Source: Octopus vulgaris
Lineage: Eukaryota
NCBI GenBank assembly: GCA_951406725.2
Contig: OX597814.1
Location: forward strand, 57,040,001 to 57,104,000
Direction of reading: 5' to 3'
DNA length: 64,000 bases
In this document: one piece after another, positions 38,728 through 51,669 of the stretch
How positions within the stretch are numbered: the stretch's first letter is position 1
How the letters are laid out: each line of letters opens with the position of its first letter
Program-made: the position numbers and the translations under genes
Notes under the pieces: generated by a model
What the model was told of the DNA's origin: nothing
The model's database searches: none
What the model saw: the letters and a program-made list of their open reading frames with translations, nothing else

Positions 38728-39207
38728 CCGTAAATCATCGAGTATAATCCGCATTTTTACCCCAAAATTTAAAGGTCAAAATCCCTAGTGCGTACTATAT
38801 ACGAGGCTAAAAATGAAAATTATTTTATAAGCAATGTCCGAGTCTCTATTTGCTGTCCTGCAATGTTTATTCGGACGTATTTTGCGATGTCGGGCGCGAA
38901 AATACCTTAAATCAGCCATAACTTGCAGTTAGCAGCATTTATTAAACGTTATTACTGTTATTTCTTTATTTTCTGCAAACAAAATGCACAAAAAAGGTAC
39001 ATGTTTGCATTATGTTATATATACAATAATAATAAAGGACGTTACCGTATACATTTTTACAAACCAAGGACATTATATAGACCTCCTTGACTCAAGTTAG
39101 AGAAGGGGTGCGTATTATACACAAGGTTTAGGTTTTTCAGAGGTACAGCCCCCTAAAAATCCCTTGCGTATTTTACTCAAGGGTGGACTATATTCGAGTA
39201 TTTACGG
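38728..39207. mobile_element. Tc2/pogo-like MITE
   Basis: TIRs CCGTAAATCATCGAGTATAATCC / GGACTATATTCGAGTATTTACGG with TA on both sides. Confidence 0.85.
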
Positions 39208-39770
39208 TATATGATGGAATATACCCCAGTCTGTGGGGAAGATTTGATAATTCTCCAAACCGTCTATTTGTTACATGAATTGTTGAAAATAATCGAGGTT
39301 GGGAGGCATAGCCTTTCAAAGTGAACATTGTAATGTGTGTGTGTGTGAGAGAGAGAGTGAGTGTGTGTGTGTGTGAGAGAGAGGGAGTGTGTGTGCGTGC
39401 GTGTGCGTGCGTGCGTGCGTGCGTGTGTCTGTGTGTGCTTATCAGTTAAATGGAGTGTGTAGAGGTCACCAACTGTGACTCTGTAATTGTAACTGGTTGA
39501 CTGTGCTGCGTTGAAATGAGACATAGTGATGTTTCAACTTGAAAAAGAGGAGTGTTGCATATATAATCATTTTCGGATGCATTGGAAGTAATTTACCAAA
39601 GATAATTTATATTCATTAAAAACTTTTTCCAACCTTTACGAAGCTTTTCACAACTTCTATGAGTTGATAATCAGATCAAATGTTAAACAGCTTTGTAGAG
39701 AATCTCTTGTAGTAGGCTGCTAAGTCGATGTGAATCTCTAAGCTGTCATTGAGAATATAAATGTCTGCTC

Positions 39771-39819
<49 letters not shown>

Positions 39820-40099
39820 TGTGTGAAAGAGAGAGAGGGAGAGAGAGAGAGAAAGCAGCTAACTCTCTAAAAATTATGAAGGTAAAGAAAATGCTTTTTG
39901 TCGGTAACTCGAATTGATAGCTGTCCTAAAGCTGAACTAGGTCATTGACAATGGAATTGGCTGGGCTATCTTTATTCAGTTTTGTCTCATCTTAGTAGTT
40001 GATGAATTTGATAGGTGAAACTAATAAGATTCGGTGTAAAAATTCTGAAAGCAATGGATAGAAACAAGAAGATCTAATTCCTCCCATATATATATATAT

Positions 40100-41560
40100 A
40101 TTCTTGAGGTATCTCTTTTGAATGTATTGTTTTTAATATTTGCGTGGGTGTTATTCTAAGCAGCAGTAGTAGTACAGTAATGAAGGGGGTGGCGGAGAGG
40201 AAGAAGAAGACGAAGAAGAGAAAGAATAATAAAAGAATGCAGGAGTAGTATGATAATAGTAGGCTGATAGATGGTCAAGTGACCTAAAAGGGACTCGTTA
40301 TAGACTATAGTAGTGCTTGGGACTGTTTTTAATGAATTCTTGGATATCTTTTTGAATGCATCATTTTTAATATTTGCGTGAGTGTTATTCTAAGGTCGTG
40401 GTGGATATGTCATTTGTTGTAGATGCGTTTGTGATAAAGAACTACTCTTTACTAATACATTGGCTACAGGTTGTATCGTCCTTGAATTGATAGAGGGGGA
40501 AAAATCTGAAGCTTGGATTTTGTTAATGTCAATGTGTTGGCTGAATGCTATTTTTCTGTTTTTCGGAATTTTGATCTGGGATCTGTGCAGAGCCATCCCT
40601 TGACGTAGACTATTTTTTGCTTGGCCTATGTATTGTTCTTGATACCCAGAGCATGTTAGTGCGTATATCAGGTTCTCCGAAGCACATGTGAAGCTGCTTT
40701 TCACTGTGAAACGTTGGCCCTGTTTGAAGGAGAACTCTGATCCCTCAATTAAATTGACGCATATCCCACAGTTGGGTCTTCCGCATTTTTTTACTGACGT
40801 CTTCAGTGTTGCTATTGAGCGTATTCTGGCTTGTGTTAGGAGACTTTTCATAGATTTGGGATGTCTCTTGCTTTTTATGATGGTGAGTGTTTGGAGGATT
40901 AAGTTCATTCTGTGGTCCTTTTTTAGCAACGGGATGTTTTGAAGGATGGTGTCGAAGGCTTCATTGTTAAGAGGGTTGTGTGTGGAGATGTATGGTAGGG
41001 CCTTTGGTTGTAAATCCTTCTTTAATTTGGAATGTCTGAGTTCGCGGATGTTGAGTTGTAGGGCACATTGAAAGCATATATCAGTTAGTGAAGGTGGGTA
41101 GTTCTTGGTGATGAGTGTGTCCTTTAGTTCATGTAGTCATGTGTCTCTGGTGCTTGCATTAGAAACTATAGTACAAATCTTTTTTGCTAGGTTGAAGGGG
41201 ATATTCGTTCTGGTGTGTCTAGGGTAGCATGTGTTGAACGGATTAGTAAAGAGTCGGTCTTTCTCACAAAATACAGACCTCTTTTGAACGCATCTACAAC
41301 AAATAACATATCCACCACGACCTTAGAATAACACTCACGCAAATGTTAAAAATGATACATTCAAATTAGATACCCAAGAATTCATTAAAAACAGTCCCAA
41401 TCACTACTATAATCCACTTTCCAGACTTCATCCAGGATTGGGTTCAAAATTCCACCAGGACACCTGATGAAGGCTGGAGAGTAAATCAGCTGAAACGTTG
41501 TGGTAACAACAAACAAGATGAGGATACATGTCAGTCCAATGTAAATAATGTAAATAATTA
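40100..41560 (-). mobile_element. Decayed Neptune-type Penelope-like element with inverted 3'-end copy
   Basis: Minus strand CGRPNCGIC, FTCASENLIYALTC..QYIGQ..HRSQI (GIY-YIG); upstream thumb YPRHTRTNIPFNLAKKICTIVS; 41288-41412 is an inverted copy of 40304-40428. Confidence 0.85.
41461..41502 (+). ncRNA. Minimal hammerhead ribozyme
   Basis: CAC-CUGAUGA-A-GGCUG-loop-CAGCU-GAAACGUU-GUG; palindromic AACGUU in place of stem III. Confidence 0.75.
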
Positions 41561-41686
41561 TTTTAGTAAATAATTATTTTTACTAAAATAATTATTTTGT
41601 ATGTGAAATATAGGTGTCACAATTTCACGAGGGTTAAATTTTAATGCAACATGGCATATACTGAAAACCACATCGTTGGTAACTTA

Positions 41687-42708
41687 TTAGTCAAGGCGAT
41701 GGGTCAAAGCCAATGCACATTTCAATTTGCGTACACATTTCACTCCAGTACTTCTTTGCAGACTATGTTCTTCGTGTAAGTTCTCCCTTTTCTTTTCCCT
41801 TGTTTGTCAGTGTTGACATTTTTAACTCTCACATCAGATAATTTGCGAGCCCTTGAAAGTGCTGAATACAGGTTCAGGTAAAACAGCCCCATTTTATCAA
41901 ATGTTTGCCTTTGTGATTTATTGAAAGTCACTGCATATGCTAGGTGAACGGGAAGCTGGTTTCTTTCTAGAGTGAATGGCAGGTTTGGGATGCACATGCG
42001 TTAAGTGATAGGTGATATAAAAAAACTTAGTTCAATTAAAAAATATTACTATTCACTATGCAGTCACCATCGCCACCTCCACCACCACCACCACCATCAC
42101 CATCAACATCATATCTCTGTCTCTTTCTCTTTCTCGCTCTCTCTTTTTCTCTCTCTCCTCTCTCTCCTCTCTACTTTCTTTAATATCACCATCAGGATAT
42201 TGCCCCTCTGCTAAAATTATTTTCCTAACTCTCCTCTATATCACTACCTTTAACTAATTTTTTAACCTCTTAATATATATTACATTCCCCCATCACATGT
42301 CATGGACGCTTCTCTCTCCAGCTTTTCTTTTCCTCTTTTTTTCTTTCTCTCTCTTTCTGTCTCACTCTTCGCCTTATTCTCTTTTTCTCTCTCCGTCTTT
42401 TCTTTCTTCCTCTTTTTCTCTAATCACGTGAAAGCGTTACCGACCGGCTAAGTAACGTAATGACAAGCAAAATTATTACGTGCAATATAGGTTACTCTCT
42501 CTAACCTATATGACTTTTTATGAAAATATTTTGTCAAATAAATTAAACGTATGACCGCGTCTGAAAGCGCTTTTTCTAGAAAGCTACCGTTTGATATATA
42601 AGAGTTACGAAATATAACTCAGACTTTTCAAAGGCGCCCAACTGTAGCTATGAGTAAAAAAACCATCCAATACAAAACTTGACAGTTGATTCATTGCTTT
42701 ATACAAGA
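41687..42708 (-). mobile_element. Non-autonomous Helitron retaining PIF1 helicase C-terminus (41740-41997)
   Basis: RNQLPVHLAYAVTFNKSQRQT..ALSRA..TKNIVCKEVL; candidate 5' A|TC at 42708 and degenerate hairpin + CTAA|T at 41687. Termini are less certain than the helicase fragment. Confidence 0.7.
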
Positions 42709-43802
42709 TATCACACAATTGAAGAAACTCTAGATATCCTCAATTTCAGAAATTTCCAATTTTACGACACTATCGATGAAGTTTTGCATATAAATTATGA
42801 TGATCAACTCGCAGAAGACATTGAGTTTGTTCTTGAGATGACATGATGAACAGCATGAATTGGAAAAGGCAAGGACGAGGTTTAATCGAATAAACACAAA
42901 AAATGCTCTTAACAGCTTTATCCATAACATTGAATTGTACTGGCGAAACCACAATTAACTGCAGACGACGAGCAGAGGATTTGCTGTGCACACTTACAAC
43001 AATAGCAACAAAATTTTGAGATGAGATTTTATTTGCAGGATTGTCATACATCCTTGAAATGTTCGTTTTTATCTTATAGCACACAGCAAAATGCTAGCTC
43101 TATTCACCAACGCACTTGAGTGAGACGTACTATTTTCTTTCTGAAAATAGGGTCGTCGGCAGCTCTGGCTGAAAGAAAGTATATGTAATTCTGTTGCCCA
43201 CATGGTTATCTTCAAATGCTTTTGAAAGATGCTGCCCGTTGTAAAATAAGACATACGCTCTGTGTATTTGTTTTTATCCGAGCTATAAAATTCAAGTAGC
43301 TGTCAGGATTTGTGAATGCACTTCTGACAATAATATGTTTTTTTGTAATATGATGATGCACAAGACGACTCCTTCTTTGATGATACCGATGAAAATATTG
43401 GTCCTAATGATATTCGACGACTTCCGTTTATTAGTAATGGCCTGAACATTGTATTTATTTTGAAACATCCCTCTAAATTAAATGACGCAAGTATTATATT
43501 TCTTTGTTTTTAGCAATAATAGAATGCTATAAGTAAAAAAAAAAGTCAAATACTAAGAAATTTTCTTAGAGCTTATTTGCCTTATTATCTTGTTTATTTG
43601 ACTTAATGCCTTATATTCCACAACTCCCAACATAGTTATTTTTTGCTGTACTTTTTGAGAGTGAACAAAATGACTACCCGATTATTAATTAGACGGTGCC
43701 TCCCATAATCAATATACACTCACAAAAAGAGAAATAAAAACATTTTTGTATATCTCTTACTGTTATAAAACTGTAAAGTAGTTACGTGTATAAATATAAA
43801 CA

Positions 43803-43896
43803 AACATTGTTTTCATAAGTGACGAAATGACAAACTAACATTTTTTCATAAGCGACGAAATGACAAACTAACATTTTTTCATAAGCGACGAAATGA
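43803..43896. repeat. 33-bp minisatellite, ~3 copies
   Basis: TTTCATAAG(T/C)GACGAAATGACAAACTAACATTT repeated. Confidence 0.9.
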
Positions 43897-44835
43897 GTAT
43901 ATAACTACAAATAACATAATTCATTTTCGAACGCAAGGACGCTGTTAAAACAGCAGAAACATTGGGTAAATCACCCTTACAAAGCGGAAACTTTTGTCAA
44001 CAATCAGCTATGGGAGTCGAATCCATATCTCTTGATATGTCTCTACGTTCGAAAATAAAATATCCTCTTATTGTGCTGCAATAGTTGGTATGACATTCAG
44101 TGGAAAGTTAGACAAAGTGTGATGTGTTAAAAAGTGACTGATAGTAAAACCAGTCGAAAGTCAGGGAAAGTTCCTTGTGATATTTACCGAAAGGGTAGCG
44201 TGGTTTCTGTAGCATTAGTGAAGTGTTGAAGAAAATATTTTGCCCTTTATTGTTTAGTCACTTTGCGTTCTGTATTTAAATCCAGCTAAGATCGCTTTTG
44301 CATTTCATGATTTGAGGGTCAATAAAATAAATTAAAGCCTATTACTATAATAGAAAACATTATCATTGCCATTATTAGTAAAAGAAGTATTAGTATAACA
44401 GAAACTGTAGAATATCGGACTACTTACCAAATAATATTTAATTCCATCCTTCAACAGTATAAATCTACATGTCGCCGAGAATTGGTCATTCTGAGTTATT
44501 ACAATAATAGTAAATATGAATAAATGTTTCTTGTTTCTTATCAATTATAACCTCTTCTAAGAATAGGTATCCTTCTATCAACTTAAAAAAAAACATTATT
44601 TATTGACTCACGGGATCGCTGAAGTAATAGAACAGATAAAATATTGTTGCTTATACCTTTACTTTAATCTCTCGATGTTTTAATACCAACGGTGCTATAT
44701 TCATCCACTTCAATATGCTCACTGAGATAACTTGCCATGGATACAATATATAATAGTAAAGTTTTAAGTAGTGATCCAGGGAACTAAATTATAAAACTCG
44801 TTATATCACACATGATGACTGAGGTTCTGTTAATA

Positions 44836-46082
44836 TCAGGTCATTAAGAATGAAGTGTCCGATTTTGAACTGGAAGTTTATATTTACTTTATCTCAGCAA
44901 AAAGCAATGCAGTTAATCAAAGTATGCACCTAAATTATCAACATAATTTTGCCACTTCATCGGTAGCTTATTTATGCCGGCAGCGAAGAATTCTGGAGTG
45001 TAAGAGGTGATGAAATCAGGAAAGGCTTCAGATTAGAAGTTTTTTCCTTGCAAAATGTTGCCTAATGCCTGGAAAACATGATAGCCAGTTGGTGCAAGGC
45101 CTGCTGAATATGGGAATGACAGTGTACTTCCAAGTTCAGTCCCTGTAACTTGAGTAGCGTTCTTTGTGCGACATTTGGTCGAGAATTGTCTTGCAAGTGA
45201 ATTGGCCTGTCTCTATTGACTAATCTCGATTGTTTAATTTCAAGTTCACTTATCATTTCATCCAATTGGTTGATGTATACATCAGCTGTAATTGATTTAC
45301 CAGGTCTCATTAAGCTGTAGGAGATGACAGCAGCACTGGACCACCAAACAGACACCACTAGCTTTTTTTGGTGAATATTATTTTTTGGATTGTGTTTTGG
45401 CACTTCATCTCTATCCAACCACCATGCAGAACGCTTGGTATTGTTGAAAAGAATCCATTTTTCATCACACGTAACAATACGGTGCAAAAATGGCTCGCTT
45501 TTATGCCGTGACAGCAAAGAACAGTAAGTTTCAAGATGACGTGTCATTTGATGCTCGTTCAGTTCTTGTGGTGCCCACTTATCCAGCTTCCCTACCTTGC
45601 CGATTTGTTTCAGATGGTCCAATATAGTTGGAATTGAAACATCAAAGCTTGCTGCTAACTCACGTGTAGTTTGAGATGTATCCGCTTCCAGTGCAATTTC
45701 CTGCTCCATCATTATCCACCTATTGGGTCTATTGGGTTGAATTTCAAGAGTAAAGTCACGAAACCGGAACTTCTCAAACCATCGATGTACAGTGTGCTCA
45801 TTCGTCACATCTTCAAACACCTTACTGATGTTTCGAGCTATCTGGGATTCATTGGTCCCACGACGGAACTCATATTCATAAACAACATGAATTTTTGACC
45901 TATCCATGGGTTCACAAAAATTGATTTACAAGAGGAGAACCACGATATAATCAGACCCCATGAAAAGTGATGATGTAACTCTTCAATGTTGCAAAACAAA
46001 GAATTGTCAGTATAAAACGTTAGTTAACGACTGTCAAACTTGATGCATAAGAAAATCGGACATTTTATTCTTAATGACCTGA
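44836..46082 (-). mobile_element. Full-length mariner (DD34D) transposon, inactive
   Basis: 30-bp TIRs TCAGGTCATTAAGAAT(G/A)AA(G/A)TGTCCGATTT, TA TSD, transposase inside. Confidence 0.95.
45062..45907 (-). pseudogene. Mariner transposase (frameshifted near C-terminus)
   Basis: HTH ..RWFEKFR, WAPQEL, IVTCDEKW, QDNSRP; the shifted frame reads PYSAGLAPTGY instead of YSPDLAPSDY. Confidence 0.9.
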
Positions 46083-48211
46083 TAAATATACTGTGGTTTT
46101 GATGAATCGTATTACAGTATCAACAAGTCTAAAAGGCTCAATCAATTATTAGGGATATTGACTAATCCCCTCCCTTCAACATTGTTTACTCGAGTACTCA
46201 GTTGATATATTCACTATCGATATATCCTGATTACATCGACATGAATTTAAAGTGGTGAATTCGAAATGTAGCGAGTTTTCATGTTATTTGTCTGGACCCA
46301 CTTTTAATTTATTAACTCAACATTCAAAAGTTTGTTTCTCGAGATAGACCGCTATAAGGAGCTTAGAAATAATGAAACAACGGGATTTCAATCCCATTGA
46401 AAGTTCCTCCATTGTTTCCAACCAGAAAAATATCTGATCTTGGTGGTACCTATATTCAGTTAAGTTTCTTGGCTCTAGAAACTGCGTAACGCTGGTAAGA
46501 AGAGACAAATCATCAAAACTTGGGCCACACACTTTTCACTATTGATTAATTGTTATTTTAATGGTAGAATATTAACTCATTTTTTCTTGACTCAAGGAAG
46601 CTACGCTTTAGAAAAATGGAATAGTAATAGTAATTTTCTAAAATTATTATTTGTCTTAGTAAAAAGCACTTGAAACTGAGATAGTATACCACCACTCCTA
46701 GGACATAATGTCTCACCATCAGTTGCTCTTTACGAATGGGAACAAATAGTCGTCACTGAACTCTATAGGGATTGTTAATTTTCTAAGGGAAACATTTGAT
46801 AAATTCTGTTCCCGTTTTTATGCTAATGAAAACTGGGATCACCAAACAAATACAACGTGAACGTTCCACTTATAACAGAACCTGACATTTGAAAAGTATT
46901 TTGGTGTTGGTAGTAGAACAATTTATATTTGTTATGAAAATATTTCACAAAATATTTTTACACATAAGTATATATACATGTGTGTGCGCGTGTGTATATA
47001 TAGAGAGGTACATACTTACATACATACATACATACACCTGTAATTAGCTGATGCCTTCCTGACCTTTGTTAATTAGCATTTCAAATATCAGTTATGTTAT
47101 TTTCAGACTCCAGAATGTAGATATGTTTTAAAACTTTATAATTCTCAATCGATTTAAATCCATCGTTTACGAAATCTCCAAGACGGCGCACATTCCCCTT
47201 CCTGATGATCTTATAAATATGCTAGCTTCCGGTATGCAGAGTTTTCAACTGGTAACACTTGCATCTGTAAGATGTTTACAAACAATCTAAACATGTATAA
47301 ATGTTACGTGATGGATGATATTTTGAAAAAGAATTTAATACTTAATTTCATACATGTGTGTGCACGGACACCCGTGTGTGTATGTTTCTGTGTGGGTGCA
47401 TGTGTGGGTGTGGGTGTGTGTGTGGGGGTGTGTGAAATTGATAGAAATATAATCTACGATAAAATTCGATAATAGAGCGCCTGGAAGGGATCCTTATATA
47501 TAGCCAAGGGAAATAACCCATTCATTTTCCTAAATTTTTTTGTAGAAATGAAATTGAGTATGCTTATTTTGTAGTATTTGAACTGTTAGAGTTATTTTCG
47601 CAATTTATCCTGTACAACCCTTAAACAAGTAAATAGTATTTTTCTAAACAATAGATCCACTTATTTCGGTTAGTGACTTATTCATGAATATACCAGCACT
47701 AGCGCCCCTGAGGATAATATTCTCTGGTAACGCATAAAAGCCCTTTTCAGAGTTACTTACTTTGAATTGTTATTATCTCATATCTGATTAGCCTATTATT
47801 ACGTAACATGCTTCACGATTTTAGTATACATACCTTATTAGCATTTCCCCTTATGTTCTATATACTCTGGGAATGCATTAAAGCCCCTTTTGGGGCTACT
47901 TTATATGAGTTCTTATCATCGGGTAACTAATTTGATGTTATTATATAACTGACTTCACACTTTAGGTATTCTTAACTTATTGGGAATTCCTAAAAACAAG
48001 ATCCTGTGTAAGACAGTTCGGTATTCTCTGTAAATGCACAAAAACCGTTTTAAGGGCAACATACTACGAGAACGGAACCGAGGGATAAGCCTCGCTTTCC
48101 CTGGAATTACAGGGTACGTCAGCTAGCATATATATATAAAGGAAGACAGACACTTTGAGCGGGGAGAGTGACAGGCACGGAGACACGCACACATATATAT
48201 TACACACACAT

Positions 48212-48294
<83 letters not shown>

Positions 48295-48295
48295 A

Positions 48296-48805
48296 GACGC
48301 CCACAAATATGAGCATGAGGGAGGTGCTGTATACTAGCTTGATACAGAAACCAGATCGTATCTGGAATAAACTTAAACTCAGACATGAATGGGTGCGTTC
48401 AACCGTGAACGAAACATCATGACCAATAACATCATTGATAGTGTCAAAGTGCAGCGAAGCCTGAGCTGAAATAATTGACCGATATATATATAACGCCCCA
48501 AAATATGACCATGTGTATGCTAGCTTGATACAGAAACCAGATCGTACGTGGAATAAATTTAAACTAAGATAGGAATGGGTGCGTTCAGCCGTGAACGACA
48601 CATCATGAACAACATCGTTCACCGATGTTGTAGCGAAGCCTGAGCTCAAATGATCGGCCGATATAGCCACTACACATTCTTTATTTTCTTTCTTTATTTT
48701 CTCTCCTTGTTTCTTTCAGTGTTCCTTTCCCTGGAAGAGCGTAGGCTCGAAACGTTAAAGACTTTTTCACTTCCTGAGCGTTATACTAATTACATCTGTT
48801 TGTTG
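48296..48805 (+). repeat. Two ~190-bp structured tandem units followed by a degenerate hammerhead-like motif
   Basis: 48296-48486 resembles 48492-48665; CTTT-CCCTGGA-A-GAGC-GTAG-GCTC-GAAACGTT-AAAG at 48725-48760. Confidence 0.65.
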
Positions 48806-50859
48806 TATATATATATATATATATATATATATGTTCTTAACACCTAAAGCTCCACGAGAGGGGCGATCCCTGCTGTACTCTTTCGCCACAACTTTCTCTC
48901 ACTCTTTTTTTTTGTTGGCCTGCTCGCTTAGCCAGCGGGGTGGCGTCATTTGAAGGCTAAAACAATGCAAAGCGCATTGTGGCCAGCGATGTGTAACAAC
49001 ATCTGATATCCTGGTCGGTCACGGTGGTCACTGTGATATATATATGTATGTATAATTTCAGGTCGCTCTTGAGTGCTACTGGTAACATGTAACCACTACA
49101 ACCTGTTATATGGTCGGGTCGTCGGCGACTAAAGTGGTAACCCCACCAGGCTTGCTTGGTGAGGAGGGTGATTGTTGGACACCCTAAAGGACAAAAAATA
49201 AGACCTGTCAAAGGGTGAAAAAGCTCATGAGCCGTCAACAACCATCCAACAATATGTGTATGTTTGTATATGCGCGTATGTGTGTGTGTGTGCAGATATG
49301 CGCGTGTGTTTATGTGTATATATATATATATATATTTATGTGTGTGTGTGTGTATTTATATATCTTTTCTGTTTATCTTGTTTAATTTTTAAAGTTTAAA
49401 ATTGTAAATTTTGTTTTACATCTTTATTCCATGGTTTTATGTGTACATATGTAAATATTGTTTCTGTGTGTCGGGGGTTAAATGGGGTTCGTTAGCTGTG
49501 GGGAAGGCAACTCCTCTAGAAGAAAGCAACTCTTCTAGAGGAAGACAACTTTTCCGGGAGAACGACACTCTGACATAAAATCAGGTCACGGTTACACTAT
49601 CAAATCTATGACTGTGTGATGGGGATAGATTGGGCTCCTTTTCTGAACCGAAGCCGTGATTAGGACATCCAGTATAGGAGAATAATACACTGAATTCAAA
49701 TTGACTTGACACTGCTGGCTTGAAGTCTCTCCAACATAAAACCTGCAGTCAACTTAATACTAGTCATCTTGGTTTGCTTGTCACTGGAATCTACTATTTT
49801 GACCGAGAGAGTGGAAAATGTATTGTACAAGTGTTTTTCACTGAAATTCAATGAAGTACAGCTGTCCCCGACAAAATACCATCATCGTACAATCATCACT
49901 TTTCAAAAGTCCTGTGGTGACAGAGGCGTGGCAACGTATGCAGATTTTACCGGTTGGACGCAAACAGTTACAAATCTGCATATAAGGCGGCAGGGTTCTT
50001 ATTTTAACATCGCTAGCATATTTTCAAGGAAAGGAATTGTTTTCGGTAGAGAATCTTGTGTCTGAGCAACCCTTTTATGGAGAACACTGTTCATTTGGAT
50101 ATACTGGGAAAGTGCTAGAAAAGGTGCACTAAAAATTGGTTTTTTTTGTTTTTTTGCTGGTTAGTTTACTGCAGCTAACAGTGATTCAATTTAGTATGAA
50201 TGAACAAAGAATTGATATAAGTATGTGGCTGTGTGGTAAATAGCTTGCTTACCGGTCTCGTTGTCAAACCTGCTTTTTTTTTGGCGGTGAGTCGAACGTT
50301 TTGTTGAACCTTGGATTGATTTTTTTTTCTGTTCTAATTGTTGACTGTTTATTGTTGAACATCGTCGAACTGTTGAACATTTTTTGAATTGTTGAATTTG
50401 AAAATGTTTGTGCTTTTTCTCGGTGACGGGAGACAGAAATTGTTTGTGTAAAGACATTTTGGCAGTTGTGAATAGTTAAAATATTGAACTTGTTAAAGCT
50501 GTTGTAGGCTTTATTGTCGTGCCCCACCCTCCAGCGGGGGTTGGATTTGAATTGTTAAATTGGCTCGGGCAGAGCATTTCTGCCATGATTCAGGGGACTC
50601 AGGAAGATATCGAGGATCTTTACCTTTTGACCTACAGATTTAAAAAATATTTTTTTGTAACTAAAGACTTTCAAACTTCGGACACTGTTAGAATGTGTTA
50701 CATAAAACATATTTTACTCTTGGCATTTTTGAGAAAGACTTATATTTACGAAGTTATTTCACGTTAAAGTTCTCGTATTTTGGTAATTTCAACTAATCAA
50801 TGACGTGTATTCAGCTGAATAAAATTCTATAAAGTTCTATATTTAAGAGATGAGGAATT

Positions 50860-50964
50860 ATGTACATTATTTACATTATTTACATTCAGCGGATATTTGT
50901 GCTCACTTTGTTTGTTGTTAACACAACGTTTCGGCTAATATATCCTCCAAGCCTTCTTCAGGTA
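50860..50964 (-). mobile_element. Solo Penelope pLTR-end fragment with intact hammerhead core (50921-50964)
   Basis: Minus strand UAC-CUGAAGA-A-GGCU..AGCC-GAAACGUU-GUG followed by the same TGTAAATAA-repeat tail as 41540-41560. Confidence 0.75.
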
Positions 50965-51669
50965 CTTTTACAAAAAGAAAAACATCGTAAATTTCTAAAA
51001 TTCTCATGTTCTCCTACCGCCAGTTTTTTTAAGATTAAACACGTTTTCATATCGTCATTCCAATCTTTGCACTTTTTATTGAAGATTTGTTCGTATCTTC
51101 TATAGTAAGCCTCGAAGGTAACTCCTTCGTCTGGGTCATACTTAAACTGTTATCGAGTTCGCAGCATAATCTGGCGTGAACATTTTTTCAACATTTCCTG
51201 ATGACTTACTATTCATTAATTGCAGCTGTTGTTTCTGTAATAATAATTGTTGTTCTTGTTGCTTCTGCTGTTGACCTTGAAGTTGTAACTGCAGCTATTG
51301 TTCTTTCAGTTTCTGTTGTTGCTGTTTCTGCAACTCGAGCAAAGCGGCCAACAAATTTTCCATAAATTTACGATGTTTTTTTTTTGTCGCAAAATTAGCA
51401 CAAAAAAATTTTTGTGCGTTTGATAATTCCTCATGAGTCGTTAATTCATCGTGAGTTTGTTAATTCTTCGTCACCATCGCTGTAATTCTTAATGTCGGAT
51501 AGTTATAACGCCCACTTCGGTATAGCAGCGTAGTTGTTAGATCAGTAAAGGCACGACTTTCTAAGACCGTCTACTTCGTACTCTTTCTAAATACTGACCG
51601 ACGTCACCTTATTTATTACGACTAATACATACCACTCATCACGAGGGAGGGGTATACTATTATTACTAT

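Noticed and set aside
42730-42954. GPCR TM7-like LAFSNSC
   Set aside because: No NPxxY motif and no other transmembrane helices in frame.
43803-43896. CRISPR-like 33-bp repeats
   Set aside because: Contiguous tandem units without spacers, eukaryotic context, no cas genes.
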